Assembly (NCBI GenBank): GCA_003696795.1
Contig: RFFT01000036.1
Span: forward strand, 5,128 to 69,127
Direction: 5' to 3'
Source: Zetaproteobacteria bacterium
GTDB taxonomy: Bacteria > Pseudomonadota > Zetaproteobacteria > Mariprofundales > Mariprofundaceae
Length of the DNA stretch: 64,000 nucleotides
Below, in pieces: positions 38,287-46,928 of the stretch; position 1 is the first letter of the stretch; every line of letters begins with the position of its first letter. The position numbers were made by a program, and so were the translations under genes. Under the pieces are notes generated by a model that was given only the letters and a program-made list of their open reading frames with translations, had not been told where the DNA came from and made no database searches.

Positions 38287-41006
38287 GACTGATCCTCACT
38301 CACACAGCAATCGCCGCCCGCCGCAACGGCTCGTTGCACGCGCTGTTGCAGGCGCGCAAGCATCGCCTCGGAATCCACCTCGCCCTCGCGCACATGAACG
38401 CAGCCGAATGACGCGGTCAGACATCCTTTCGCCTGGCCGGCCAGCGGGAAGCGATGCAGCCGGATGCGCAAGCGCACCTTCTCCGCGACCCGCCGCGCCT
38501 CCTCCAGCGAAATGCCGGGCAAAACCAGCACGAACCCGGCCTCCTCGCTGCGCACCAACACATCGCCCTTGCGAATAATCGCATAGACGATCTCCACCAT
38601 GTCCTTCAACGCCGCAACGGCCCAACGCATGCCGTGCCGTCGCATATATGCCTCATAGCCGTCAAGCCGCCAACCGACCAGCGCAAATTGCTGACCATAA
38701 CGCTCGGTACGGCTGCATTCCTGCTTCAACCTCCGCCTCAGGTAACGAGGGTTGTAGCAGCGCAGCACACTGTCCATCAACCGCGCTTGCGCGGGATACA
38801 TCATCTCCAGCGTACGCAGCTCGCGCAGCAGCTCCTCGCGACTGGTCGTCCCCTTGGACAGCACCTGCTCGACCTCGCGCCCCAAACGCATGACCTCCGC
38901 GCGCGTCAAGTCCTTGGCGGTAAACACGATCACCGGAATATCGCGGGCGGTGGGATGCCGCTTGAGCGCATCGACCACATCGAAGCCGCTCATGTCCGGC
39001 ATCATCAAATCGAGAATGATCAAGTCCGGCTCATGCTCGATGGCCGCGCGCAAGCCATCCTTCCCACGCGCGGCCAACAGGATACGGTACCCCTGCCCGT
39101 GCAGCGCCTCCTTGATGTATTCGCGCACACACGCATCGTCATCGATAACCAAAATGGTCATCACCCGCGGGCGCGCGCCGAAGCGGTCGTGACGCGCGAT
39201 CATATCCACCAGTTCGGTCCGCGTGAGCCGCTTGTCCACCGTATCGACGGTCCCCAGCGAAAAACGCGGCGCCTGCGCGTCACCACCGAGCAGCACCAAC
39301 GAAGCTCCGCGTGTCGCCTTGCTGTTGCGCAGTCGACTCATGCGTCGATAGACATCGGCGGGATCCTTGGGCAGGCCGACCATGATCAGGAACGGCGCCC
39401 GCTCGGCGGCCATGCGTTCCACCTCATCCAACGCGCAAATACTCGCCGTATAGCTCTCCCGCTCCAAAATTTCGACCACCCGCGCCGCCCGCGCATGGTC
39501 ATCGTCCACAATCAGGATATGGGGCAGGACATCCGACGCATCCGCGGCCTCCTCGACCACCTGCACACCCGCGTCCGCCTCGTCCGCCACCGCTGGGGCT
39601 TGCGCCGCGACATCCAACGCGCGTACCGGGCGCGCGGGCAACGAGAACGTAAAGCGGCTGCCCTCGCCGGGGACGCTTTCAACCTCGATGTCCCCTCCCT
39701 GGATCTCCAGCATGCGGCGCACCAGGGCAAGCCCCAGTCCGGTGCCTCCATAGCTACGGGCCAGCCCGCCGTCCACCTGCACGAACGGCTCGAAAATACG
39801 TTCCAGGTCTTCCTTGGCGATGCCGATTCCGTTGTCCCGCACATATCCTTCCAGCACGGTTTCGCCATTGCGCTCCAGCAGCCCATACCCCGCCACAATC
39901 TCCCCCCCTTCGGGGGTGAACTTGATCGCGTTGCCAATCAATTGCATCCACACCTGCCGCAGCTTGACCGCATCGAGATACAACGCATGGTCGTCGTCCG
40001 GTCGCCGTACCGCAATGCGTTGCGCCTTGCGCTCGGCCATGGGCTTCAGTTGCGTGAGCACTTCGTCCAACACCATGCCCACGCTGCACGCCTCCTCATG
40101 AATCTCCATCATGCCCGACTCGATCTTGGACAAATCGAGCAGGCCGTTGATCAGCTCCAGCAATTGCTTGCCCGCCTGGTTGATATGCTCGAGATAGGTG
40201 CGTTGCCTGCGCTCGTCGATGCTCGCGCGCGGACTGAGCAGCAGATCGGAAAATCCGATGATCGCATTCAATGGCGTACGCAATTCGTGGCTGGTATTGG
40301 CCAAAAATTGACTCTTTGCCTCATTCGCCTGTCGCAACGCCTCGTTCATCAGTTCCAATTCGATTTCACGGTTGCGCAACAAGCGGTTCGCGCGTTCGAT
40401 TTCGCGCGCATGCTCCTGCATATGGCGCACGCGCTCCTCGCTCGCCTGTCTCAGGCGTTCAAGCTTCTGCAGGTTGGACAGCGCCATCGCGCATGCCGCA
40501 GCCAGGATGCGCACCAACCCCTCGTCGTCCCCGTCGAAACATCCACCGCCACGCTTGTCGCACAGATACAGCGCGCCCATGATCTGGCCAGCGAACTCGA
40601 TCGGCGCGCCGAGCAGACAACGCATCGGCGGATGATGTTCGGGAAAACCGGAGAACGCCTCATGCGCGCCGATCTCGTCGATACGCACAACCCTGCCTTC
40701 ACGCCAAATCAGGCCGAGCAGCCCTTTTCCCTCGGGCGGACGCCCAATGGCGTCGATCGTGCGCTGACTCATGCCCAGCGACACAAAACGCAGCTCGCCC
40801 TCCTCCATCCAGGCAAGCATCGCGTAGCGAGCCTGGGTGACACGCTGCGCAAGCCCCGCCACGCGCTTGAGCATGGTGGCCTGATCCTCGGCCGAGGAGA
40901 GGGTAAACATGGCCTCGGCGATCGCCTGCTCGCGCCGAACCTGGCGCCTCAGGCGCGCATGCAACGCCTCCGCGGAGCTCAGGGCAGACGCGCCATCCTT
41001 GGGCAT
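38283..41006 (-). CDS. cytoplasmic GAF - HisKA/HATPase - pseudo-receiver - receiver - degenerate GGDEF multidomain sensor kinase
   Basis: H-box SHELRTPLNAIIGF. G-boxes DNGIGI and GGTGLGLALV. REC1 lacks the acceptor Asp (FLIMVGLP). REC2 is canonical (LIILDLMMPDMSG...FTAKD). The C-terminal GGDEF-like domain carries SEEAGF in place of GGDEF. The start was chosen at MPKDGAS, 1 nt after the upstream stop. Confidence 0.85.
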   Translation of the reverse strand: MPKDGASALSSAEALHARLRRQVRREQAIAEAMFTLSSAEDQATMLKRVAGLAQRVTQARYAMLAWMEEGELRFVSLGMSQRTIDAIGRPPEGKGLLGLIWREGRVVRIDEIGAHEAFSGFPEHHPPMRCLLGAPIEFAGQIMGALYLCDKRGGGCFDGDDEGLVRILAAACAMALSNLQKLERLRQASEERVRHMQEHAREIERANRLLRNREIELELMNEALRQANEAKSQFLANTSHELRTPLNAIIGFSDLLLSPRASIDERRQRTYLEHINQAGKQLLELINGLLDLSKIESGMMEIHEEACSVGMVLDEVLTQLKPMAERKAQRIAVRRPDDDHALYLDAVKLRQVWMQLIGNAIKFTPEGGEIVAGYGLLERNGETVLEGYVRDNGIGIAKEDLERIFEPFVQVDGGLARSYGGTGLGLALVRRMLEIQGGDIEVESVPGEGSRFTFSLPARPVRALDVAAQAPAVADEADAGVQVVEEAADASDVLPHILIVDDDHARAARVVEILERESYTASICALDEVERMAAERAPFLIMVGLPKDPADVYRRMSRLRNSKATRGASLVLLGGDAQAPRFSLGTVDTVDKRLTRTELVDMIARHDRFGARPRVMTILVIDDDACVREYIKEALHGQGYRILLAARGKDGLRAAIEHEPDLIILDLMMPDMSGFDVVDALKRHPTARDIPVIVFTAKDLTRAEVMRLGREVEQVLSKGTTSREELLRELRTLEMMYPAQARLMDSVLRCYNPRYLRRRLKQECSRTERYGQQFALVGWRLDGYEAYMRRHGMRWAVAALKDMVEIVYAIIRKGDVLVRSEEAGFVLVLPGISLEEARRVAEKVRLRIRLHRFPLAGQAKGCLTASFGCVHVREGEVDSEAMLARLQQRVQRAVAAGGDCCVSEDQS

Positions 41007-41007
41007 T

Positions 41008-41589
41008 TCAAACGGTATGGGATATGCGTCGTCGGAACGCGCGGGTGGCTTCCAGCGCAATGCGCAACTCACCCAGCTGCACCGGCTTGCCCAGCACCAC
41101 ATCGGCCTGCTGCCGCAGTTTGCGCCGAATCTCCGGCCGATCATAGCCTGCGGTGATCACGATGATATCCATATCCCCGCGCAATTCGTCATCGGCGCGC
41201 AAGCGACGCAGCACCTCCAGCCCATCGATGCCGGGCATGAAGATATCGAGCAACAGGATGTCCGGCCGCCAGCGTCCAATCTCGACCAGACCGGTATAGC
41301 CGTCCTCCACGGACTTGACCTCCGCGTCGGGCCAGCACTGCTTCGTCATATCGCTGAGCAGCATGCACACGGAAGGCTCGTCATCCACGATCAGCACGCG
41401 CAGCGGACGCCCCATGTCCAGCATGCCGCGTTCGCGCATGAACGCCTCCAGAGAGGCTTCAGGGATGCGCCAATGCCCACCGGGTGTCTGCACCCCCTGC
41501 AGCAGACCATTGGCGATCCAACGTTTTACGGTATTGAGTCCGACACCGAGTCGGCGGGCGACATCGCCCGTAGTAAGATATCCAGCCAT
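41008..41589 (-). CDS. DNA-binding response regulator with an N-terminal excisionase/MerR-type HTH and a C-terminal receiver
   Basis: LTTGDVARRLGVGLNTVKRWIANGLL...GGHWRI (HTH_17-like), followed by VLIVDDEP...ILLLDIFMPGIDG...VITAG...VLGKPV. Confidence 0.8.
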   Translation of the reverse strand: MAGYLTTGDVARRLGVGLNTVKRWIANGLLQGVQTPGGHWRIPEASLEAFMRERGMLDMGRPLRVLIVDDEPSVCMLLSDMTKQCWPDAEVKSVEDGYTGLVEIGRWRPDILLLDIFMPGIDGLEVLRRLRADDELRGDMDIIVITAGYDRPEIRRKLRQQADVVLGKPVQLGELRIALEATRAFRRRISHTV

Positions 41590-41608
41590 GCGCGAAGTCT
41601 AGCCAGGG

Positions 41609-42577
41609 CTAGGCGAGGGAGCAAGAGGATTGGATGTTTTTCTCGTTTTGGATGCTTGACACCATGCGCGCCACCTCATCCCGCGTCATGCCTTCCTCCG
41701 CCAACAAACGACACAGCGTTTGCGCAAACGCCCGCCGCAGCTCCGCCACCTGCCCTTCCCGAAGGCGACCGCGCGCATGCGCGATACGCAAGGCGATCTC
41801 AAAGCCCTCCGAATCGACACGCGCCTTGCGCCGGTAAAACTCACCCCCCATTCGGCGCCGGGAATGCGACCCACGCACACCACTCGGGATGCGGTATCCC
41901 GCCGGAATCGAGCGAATGAAATAAAACCTTCGCCCCGCCGCGGCGTAGCGCATCCAGGTATGAAAGTCCTCGGACACATGGTAGGCGGGAAACGGTTGAC
42001 GCAGCGCCAGCGCGATGCGCACGCTGGTTGCCGAGGTCAGGTTCACATAGCCGCTGCGCAGCCCCATCTCAAGCCATACATCCTCTCCCGTCGGCGGACG
42101 GCGCAATGCGGACTGAATCTGCCGAATGGAGGGGCTGAGCCTGGCTGCGGGCACGGTACGACCCAACTCGTCGATCACGCGAAACGGACTATAGACCACG
42201 TCCACCCGTCGATGACGCGCAAACACGGCGCGCGTGCGCACCAGTCGCGCCGGATGCGCGGTATCGTCGGCGTCGAGAAACAGGGCGATTTCAGCTCCCA
42301 GACGCGCCGCATAACGCAAGGCGCGGTTGCGACAATAACCGGGGCCGCGGCGCGCGCGGTTGTACAACACATGGATACGTTCCGGAAAACGTGCGCGCAA
42401 GGCGTTGAGTTCCACCCGCACGCCCGCATCGGGAGACGCGTCATCGACCAACACCAAACGCCAGCGATCATCCGTTTGCGCAAACAACGAGGCGATGGCG
42501 GCACGCAACCATCGTCGCCCCAAGGGGTGCTCCCGATAATGCGGCATGATGAAGCAAGCATCCGGCATGCAGCGCAT
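41609..42577 (-). CDS. family-2 glycosyltransferase (soluble GT-A type)
   Basis: FIMPHYRE (the IPxYN position), LVLVDDASPD, FLDADD. The ORF's listed N-terminus runs through the tRNA and terminator, so the start must be at or below 42598. I chose 42577 but cannot resolve it further. Confidence 0.72.
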   Translation of the reverse strand: MRCMPDACFIMPHYREHPLGRRWLRAAIASLFAQTDDRWRLVLVDDASPDAGVRVELNALRARFPERIHVLYNRARRGPGYCRNRALRYAARLGAEIALFLDADDTAHPARLVRTRAVFARHRRVDVVYSPFRVIDELGRTVPAARLSPSIRQIQSALRRPPTGEDVWLEMGLRSGYVNLTSATSVRIALALRQPFPAYHVSEDFHTWMRYAAAGRRFYFIRSIPAGYRIPSGVRGSHSRRRMGGEFYRRKARVDSEGFEIALRIAHARGRLREGQVAELRRAFAQTLCRLLAEEGMTRDEVARMVSSIQNEKNIQSSCSLA

Positions 42578-42610
42578 ATTCCATGCATCCTCCCGCATAC
42601 GCAACGCCGC

Positions 42611-42636
42611 AAAAAGAAAGCGCCCCGATGGGGCGC
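42611..42636 (-). terminator. rho-independent terminator after tRNA-Thr
   Basis: On the minus strand: GCGCCCC-atc-GGGGCGC followed by TTTCTTTTT. Confidence 0.6.
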
Positions 42637-42643
42637 CAAACCG

Positions 42644-42719
42644 TGGAGCCGATGAGCGGACTCGAACCGCTGACCTGCTCATTACGAGTGAGCTGCTCTA
42701 CCAGCTGAGCTACATCGGC
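42644..42719 (-). tRNA. tRNA-Thr (anticodon CGU), CCA encoded
   Basis: Minus strand GCCGATG-TA-GCTC-AGCTGGTA-GAGC-A-GCTCA-CTCGTAA-TGAGC-AGGTC-AGCGG-TTCGAGT-CCGCT-CATCGGC-T-CCA. All four stems are fully paired and the anticodon loop reads CT-CGT-AA. Confidence 0.9.
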
Positions 42720-42777
42720 ATCGCCAGCAAGCGACGGGCGCGCATTGTAGCGCGAGAATTCGAATGCTCAATGAAAA

Positions 42778-43152
42778 TCATCGCGCGCTCAATTCGAGCA
42801 CATTGCGATCCGGATCACGACAAAACAGGGCGCGCCGTCCCGAACGGCTCATGGTATAAGCCCAGCCGATCGCATCGAGCCGGGCACGCAGCGCCTCCAG
42901 ATCCTCCACCGCCAACGCCAGATGCCAATCCCGTCCGCCGTGCGTAGGACGCGTGCAACCCGTACAGGGATCGTCCAAGCGCATCAAGTGCAGCGACTGC
43001 CCATCGGCCAACGCGTACCAGATGCCATCGAAACCAAGCGCCGGACGCGGCAGGCGCGTCAAGCCGAGCACTCCCTCGTAAAATCGCGCGGCGCGCTCGA
43101 GATCCGCCACCAGCAAAGCCACATGATCGATGCGCATCATGCGTCCAATCAT
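42778..43152 (-). CDS. VOC-family (glyoxalase/bleomycin-resistance/dioxygenase fold) protein
   Basis: [26 protein letters not shown]...[12 protein letters not shown]... The start could be 43152, 43140 or 43137. Confidence 0.8.
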   Translation of the reverse strand: MIGRMMRIDHVALLVADLERAARFYEGVLGLTRLPRPALGFDGIWYALADGQSLHLMRLDDPCTGCTRPTHGGRDWHLALAVEDLEALRARLDAIGWAYTMSRSGRRALFCRDPDRNVLELSAR

Positions 43153-43178
43153 TGTCTGAAAGGAGGTTTACTGCAACA

Positions 43179-44054
43179 ATGCGCAGCCTTATGAATGCAC
43201 GAATCCTTGACGGCAAAGCGCTGGCGGACCGGTTGCGCGGGGAAATGACCTCCGAAATCGAAGCCTTGCGCGCGCGCCACGGGCGCGCGCCGGGATTGGC
43301 GGTAATCATCGTCGGCGACGATCCAGCCTCTCATGTCTATGTACGCAACAAAAAGCTCGCCTGCGAGAAGGTCGGCATCCGCTCGTTCACCCACGCATTG
43401 CCGGCGGACACCAGTCAGCAGCACCTGCTCGGCCTGATCGGCGAACTCAACCAAGACCCCAGGGTCGATGGCATCCTGGTCCAATTGCCGGTGCCGACGC
43501 ACATCCGCCCCGACGCGGTGATCGAGGCCATCGATCCGGCGAAGGACGTGGACGGCTTTCACCCCTACAATCTCGGCCGCCTGGCCGCGCGCCAGCCGGC
43601 GCTCCGCTCCTGCACGCCGGCCGGCTGCATGAAGCTGATCGAGGAAACCGGCGTCAACCTGCATGGCAAGGAATGTGTCGTGGTCGGCGCATCCAATATC
43701 GTCGGCCGCCCGATGGCGCTCGAGCTGCTGCTCGCCGGCGCGACGGTGACCGTCTGCCATCGTTTCACGCAGGACCTGGCCAAGCACGTAGCGCGCGCCG
43801 AGATACTCGTCGCGGCGGCCGGTAAGCGCGGGTTGATTCGTGGCGAATGGATCCGACCGGGCGCAATCGTGATCGATGTCGGCATCCATCGCCTGGAGGA
43901 TGGTCGCTTGACCGGCGACGTCGAGTTCGCGACGGCGGCCGAACGCGCCGCCTGGATCACGCCCGTGCCCGGCGGGGTTGGCCCGATGACGATCACGATG
44001 CTGCTGGCCAACACGATCCAGGCATTCCGCACCCATCTTGGAGACGAGACATGA
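43179..44054 (+). CDS. folD: bifunctional 5,10-methylene-THF dehydrogenase/cyclohydrolase
   Basis: ILDGKALA..., [36 protein letters not shown] lies 12 nt upstream of the ATG at 43179. Confidence 0.92.
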   Translation: MRSLMNARILDGKALADRLRGEMTSEIEALRARHGRAPGLAVIIVGDDPASHVYVRNKKLACEKVGIRSFTHALPADTSQQHLLGLIGELNQDPRVDGILVQLPVPTHIRPDAVIEAIDPAKDVDGFHPYNLGRLAARQPALRSCTPAGCMKLIEETGVNLHGKECVVVGASNIVGRPMALELLLAGATVTVCHRFTQDLAKHVARAEILVAAAGKRGLIRGEWIRPGAIVIDVGIHRLEDGRLTGDVEFATAAERAAWITPVPGGVGPMTITMLLANTIQAFRTHLGDET

Positions 44055-45151
44055 GCGAACTCGCCAAAACCCCGCTGTATGACGAACATGTCGCCCTGGG
44101 CGGCAAAATCGTACCCTTCGCCGGTTTCGCCATGCCGGTGCAGTATCCCGCGGGCGCGTTGAAGGAATATCATGCCGTGCGCGCCGACGATGGCGGCGGC
44201 CTGTTCGACATCTCGCATATGGGCCAGATACGCGTGCGCGGCGCCCAGGCGCTCGATTTTCTGCAATATGTGACCAGCAACGACGTCGCGCGCCTGGTCG
44301 ATGGCCAGGTGCAGTATGCCGCGCTGCTGAACGACGATGGCACCTTCATCGACGACATCACCACCTATCGGCTGGCCGAGGATCACTACTACCTGTGCGT
44401 CAATGCCGCGAACCGGCACAAGGATGTGGCCCATCTCAAGGCGCAGGCCGCACACTTCGACGTTCACATCGAGGATGAGTCGGAGCGCACCACGCTGCTG
44501 GCGCTGCAGGGCGCGCGCGCGGCATCCATCCTGGCCCCATGGGTAAATATCGACCTTGGCGCCATCGGCTACTACCGCTTCGCCACCGCCGACATCGAAG
44601 GGAGAAAAGTCATGATCTCGCGCACCGGCTACACCGGCGAGGATGGCTTCGAGCTGTATCTTCCCAACGCGCTGGCCGTCTCCTGCTGGCGGGCATTGCT
44701 GGCGCGGGGCGCCGCCCCGATCGGACTGGCCGCGCGTGACATGCTGCGCACGGAGATGGGCTATGCGCTGTACGGGCATGAGATCAGCGATGCGGTCACC
44801 CCGGTGGAGGCGGGCCTGATGTGGATCACCAAGCTCGACAAGGGCGCGTTTATCGGTCGCGACGCCGTGGCCGCGCGGCTGGCGCAAGGGCCCCGCCAAC
44901 GCCTGATCGGGCTGCGCCTGACCGAACGCGGCATTCCGCGCGAGCATTATCGCGTGCTGGCAGAGGGGCGCCCGGTGGGTTCGGTAACCTCGGGCATGTT
45001 CAGCCCGCTGCTGGGTACAGGTGTTGCGCTGGCCTATGTCGATAGCGAACATCTCGCTGCGGACAATCTATGCGTGGAAATCCGCAATCGCGCGATACCC
45101 GCCGAGCGCGTGCGACCGCCGTTTGTGCGCAGCCGGGTCAAAAAGGGATAA
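44051..45151 (+). CDS. gcvT: glycine cleavage system aminomethyltransferase (T protein)
   Basis: [27 protein letters not shown]..., [12 protein letters not shown]. Its ATG overlaps the folD stop (ATGA). Confidence 0.93.
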   Translation: MSELAKTPLYDEHVALGGKIVPFAGFAMPVQYPAGALKEYHAVRADDGGGLFDISHMGQIRVRGAQALDFLQYVTSNDVARLVDGQVQYAALLNDDGTFIDDITTYRLAEDHYYLCVNAANRHKDVAHLKAQAAHFDVHIEDESERTTLLALQGARAASILAPWVNIDLGAIGYYRFATADIEGRKVMISRTGYTGEDGFELYLPNALAVSCWRALLARGAAPIGLAARDMLRTEMGYALYGHEISDAVTPVEAGLMWITKLDKGAFIGRDAVAARLAQGPRQRLIGLRLTERGIPREHYRVLAEGRPVGSVTSGMFSPLLGTGVALAYVDSEHLAADNLCVEIRNRAIPAERVRPPFVRSRVKKG

Positions 45152-45176
45152 TCACGAACAACAAGGAGCAACAACC

Positions 45177-45551
45177 ATGACCATCCCCGCGGATCTCAAA
45201 TACACCAAGGAACATGAATGGGTGCGCATCGATGGCGATACGGCAACCATCGGCATCACCGACCACGCCCAGGAGGCGTTGGGCGACATCGTGTTCGTCG
45301 AACTGCCCGAGGTGGGCCGCCAGCTTTCGCCCGGCGAGGCGTTTGCCGTGGTTGAATCGGTCAAGGCGGTATCCGATGTGTATGCTCCGGTGGGCGGCGA
45401 AGTCATCGAGGTCAACAATCTGCTGGAAAGCGAACCGGAAAAGGTCAACACCGACGCCTACGGCGAGGGATGGATCGCCAAGGTGCGCATGAACGGCGAC
45501 ACGGTCGAACTGCTCGACGAGGCCACCTACACCACCTACCTTGAAGAATAG
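45177..45551 (+). CDS. gcvH: glycine cleavage system H protein
   Basis: YTKEHEWVR..., lipoyl-lysine motif [14 protein letters not shown]. Confidence 0.93.
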   Translation: MTIPADLKYTKEHEWVRIDGDTATIGITDHAQEALGDIVFVELPEVGRQLSPGEAFAVVESVKAVSDVYAPVGGEVIEVNNLLESEPEKVNTDAYGEGWIAKVRMNGDTVELLDEATYTTYLEE

Positions 45552-45581
45552 CTCGCGGCAGCAACGCTGAAAGGATAGATC

Positions 45582-46928
45582 ATGCGCTTTCTACCGCATA
45601 CCGACGAGGACCGTCGGCAAATGCTCGAAACGATTGGTGTCAGCTCCGTGGATGCGTTGTTCGCCGACATCCCCGAACGCTTTCACCTGCAACCGGGCAG
45701 CCTGAAGCTGCCGCCGGCGGCCAGCGAGGCGGCCATCGTGCGCAGCTTCCGCCAAGCCGCCGAAGCCAACCGGCATGCCGGCAACACGCGCTGCTTTCTC
45801 GGCGGCGGCACGTATCACCACTTCATTCCGGCGGCCATCGACTATGTCATTTTACGCGGCGAATTCCTGACCGCCTACACGCCCTATCAGCCGGAAATCA
45901 GCCAGGGCACGCTGCAGGCGCTGTTCGAGTTTCAAACCATGATCGCGCGACTGACCGGCATGGATGTGGCCAATGCATCGATGTACGACGCAGCCACGGC
46001 GACCGCCGAGGCCGCACTGATGGCGCGGCGCATCACCCGGCGCGACAAAGTCTTGCTGGCCGGCAGCGTCAACCCACGCTACCGCGCGGTCACGCGCAAT
46101 TATCTGTCTCGCCTGGACGGCGACTGCGACATCCTCGCCACACCTCCGTTCACGACCGATGCCGAGGCGCTGGCACAACACATCGATGCGCGCACGGCCT
46201 GCGTCATCGTGCAATATCCGGACTTCTACGGCACCGTGTATTCACTGGCGCCATTGCGCGCTGCCTGCGATACCCATGGGGCCCTGCTGGTGGTCTGCTT
46301 CTCCGATGCCACCGCGTTCGGGTTGATCGAAGCGCCGGGCGCCATGGGCGCGGATATTGTGGTCGGTTCGGGTCAGGCGTTGGGCATTCCGATGGGCTTC
46401 GGCGGCCCACATATCGGCCTGTTCGCCTGTCGCCAACGGTTCGTCCGCCAGATGCCGGGACGCGTATGCGGGATGACCGAAGATCGCCATGGCAAGCGCG
46501 GTTTCGTGCTCACCTTGTCCACCCGCGAGCAACATATCCGGCGCGAAAAAGCGACCAGCAATATCTGCTCGAATCAGGGCCTGATGTGCACCGCCAATGC
46601 CTGCTATCTCGCCCTACTCGGCGATGCCGGCCTGCGGGAGGTGGCTGCGCGCAGCCATGCGGCGCTCGCGCGCCTGGTCCAGAGCCTGCCCGCCGGCGTC
46701 CAGGCGGCTGCGGGTCCGCGCTACCACGAGACCGTGTTGAGCTTCGCGGACCAGCAAGCGCGCGAACGTTTTCTCACGGCGGCGCGCGCGGCGGACATCT
46801 TCGCCGGCATCCCGTTGGAGCACCTCGAACCCGGGCTGCCCGCGCGTCACCTGCTGGTCGCCACCACCGAAATGATCGAGCAGGCCGACGTGGACGAATA
46901 CCTCGCTTTACTGGAGCAATACGCATGA
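45582..46928 (+). CDS. gcvPA: glycine dehydrogenase (decarboxylating) subunit 1
   Basis: MRFLPHTDEDRRQML...TPYQPEISQGTLQALFEFQTMI (N-terminal half of a split P protein). Confidence 0.92.
   Translation: MRFLPHTDEDRRQMLETIGVSSVDALFADIPERFHLQPGSLKLPPAASEAAIVRSFRQAAEANRHAGNTRCFLGGGTYHHFIPAAIDYVILRGEFLTAYTPYQPEISQGTLQALFEFQTMIARLTGMDVANASMYDAATATAEAALMARRITRRDKVLLAGSVNPRYRAVTRNYLSRLDGDCDILATPPFTTDAEALAQHIDARTACVIVQYPDFYGTVYSLAPLRAACDTHGALLVVCFSDATAFGLIEAPGAMGADIVVGSGQALGIPMGFGGPHIGLFACRQRFVRQMPGRVCGMTEDRHGKRGFVLTLSTREQHIRREKATSNICSNQGLMCTANACYLALLGDAGLREVAARSHAALARLVQSLPAGVQAAAGPRYHETVLSFADQQARERFLTAARAADIFAGIPLEHLEPGLPARHLLVATTEMIEQADVDEYLALLEQYA

Noticed and set aside
38454-41156. A 900-aa plus-strand ORF opposite the multidomain kinase. 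Similar long antisense ORFs are at 33232-34941, 34763-36739, 43565-45052, 47132-48445, 54306-56495 and 61573-63120.
   Set aside because: Each one overlaps a gene with strong family motifs on the other strand, and none has motifs of its own. I treated them as GC-driven open frames, not genes. Ribosome profiling would be needed to argue otherwise.
41609-42719. tRNA-Thr as the attachment site of a genomic island carrying the GT2/signalling array downstream of its 3' end.
   Set aside because: I could find no integrase, excisionase gene, transposase or direct repeat of the tRNA 3' end. The array also runs without a break into gmk-rpoZ-spoT on the same strand. The idea would need comparison with related genomes and a computed GC/codon-usage profile.
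43153-43178. A glycine riboswitch or other leader upstream of the gcv genes.
   Set aside because: gcvT has no leader because it overlaps folD. The space before folD is only about 26 nt and contains just a Shine-Dalgarno sequence, which is far too short for the riboswitch.
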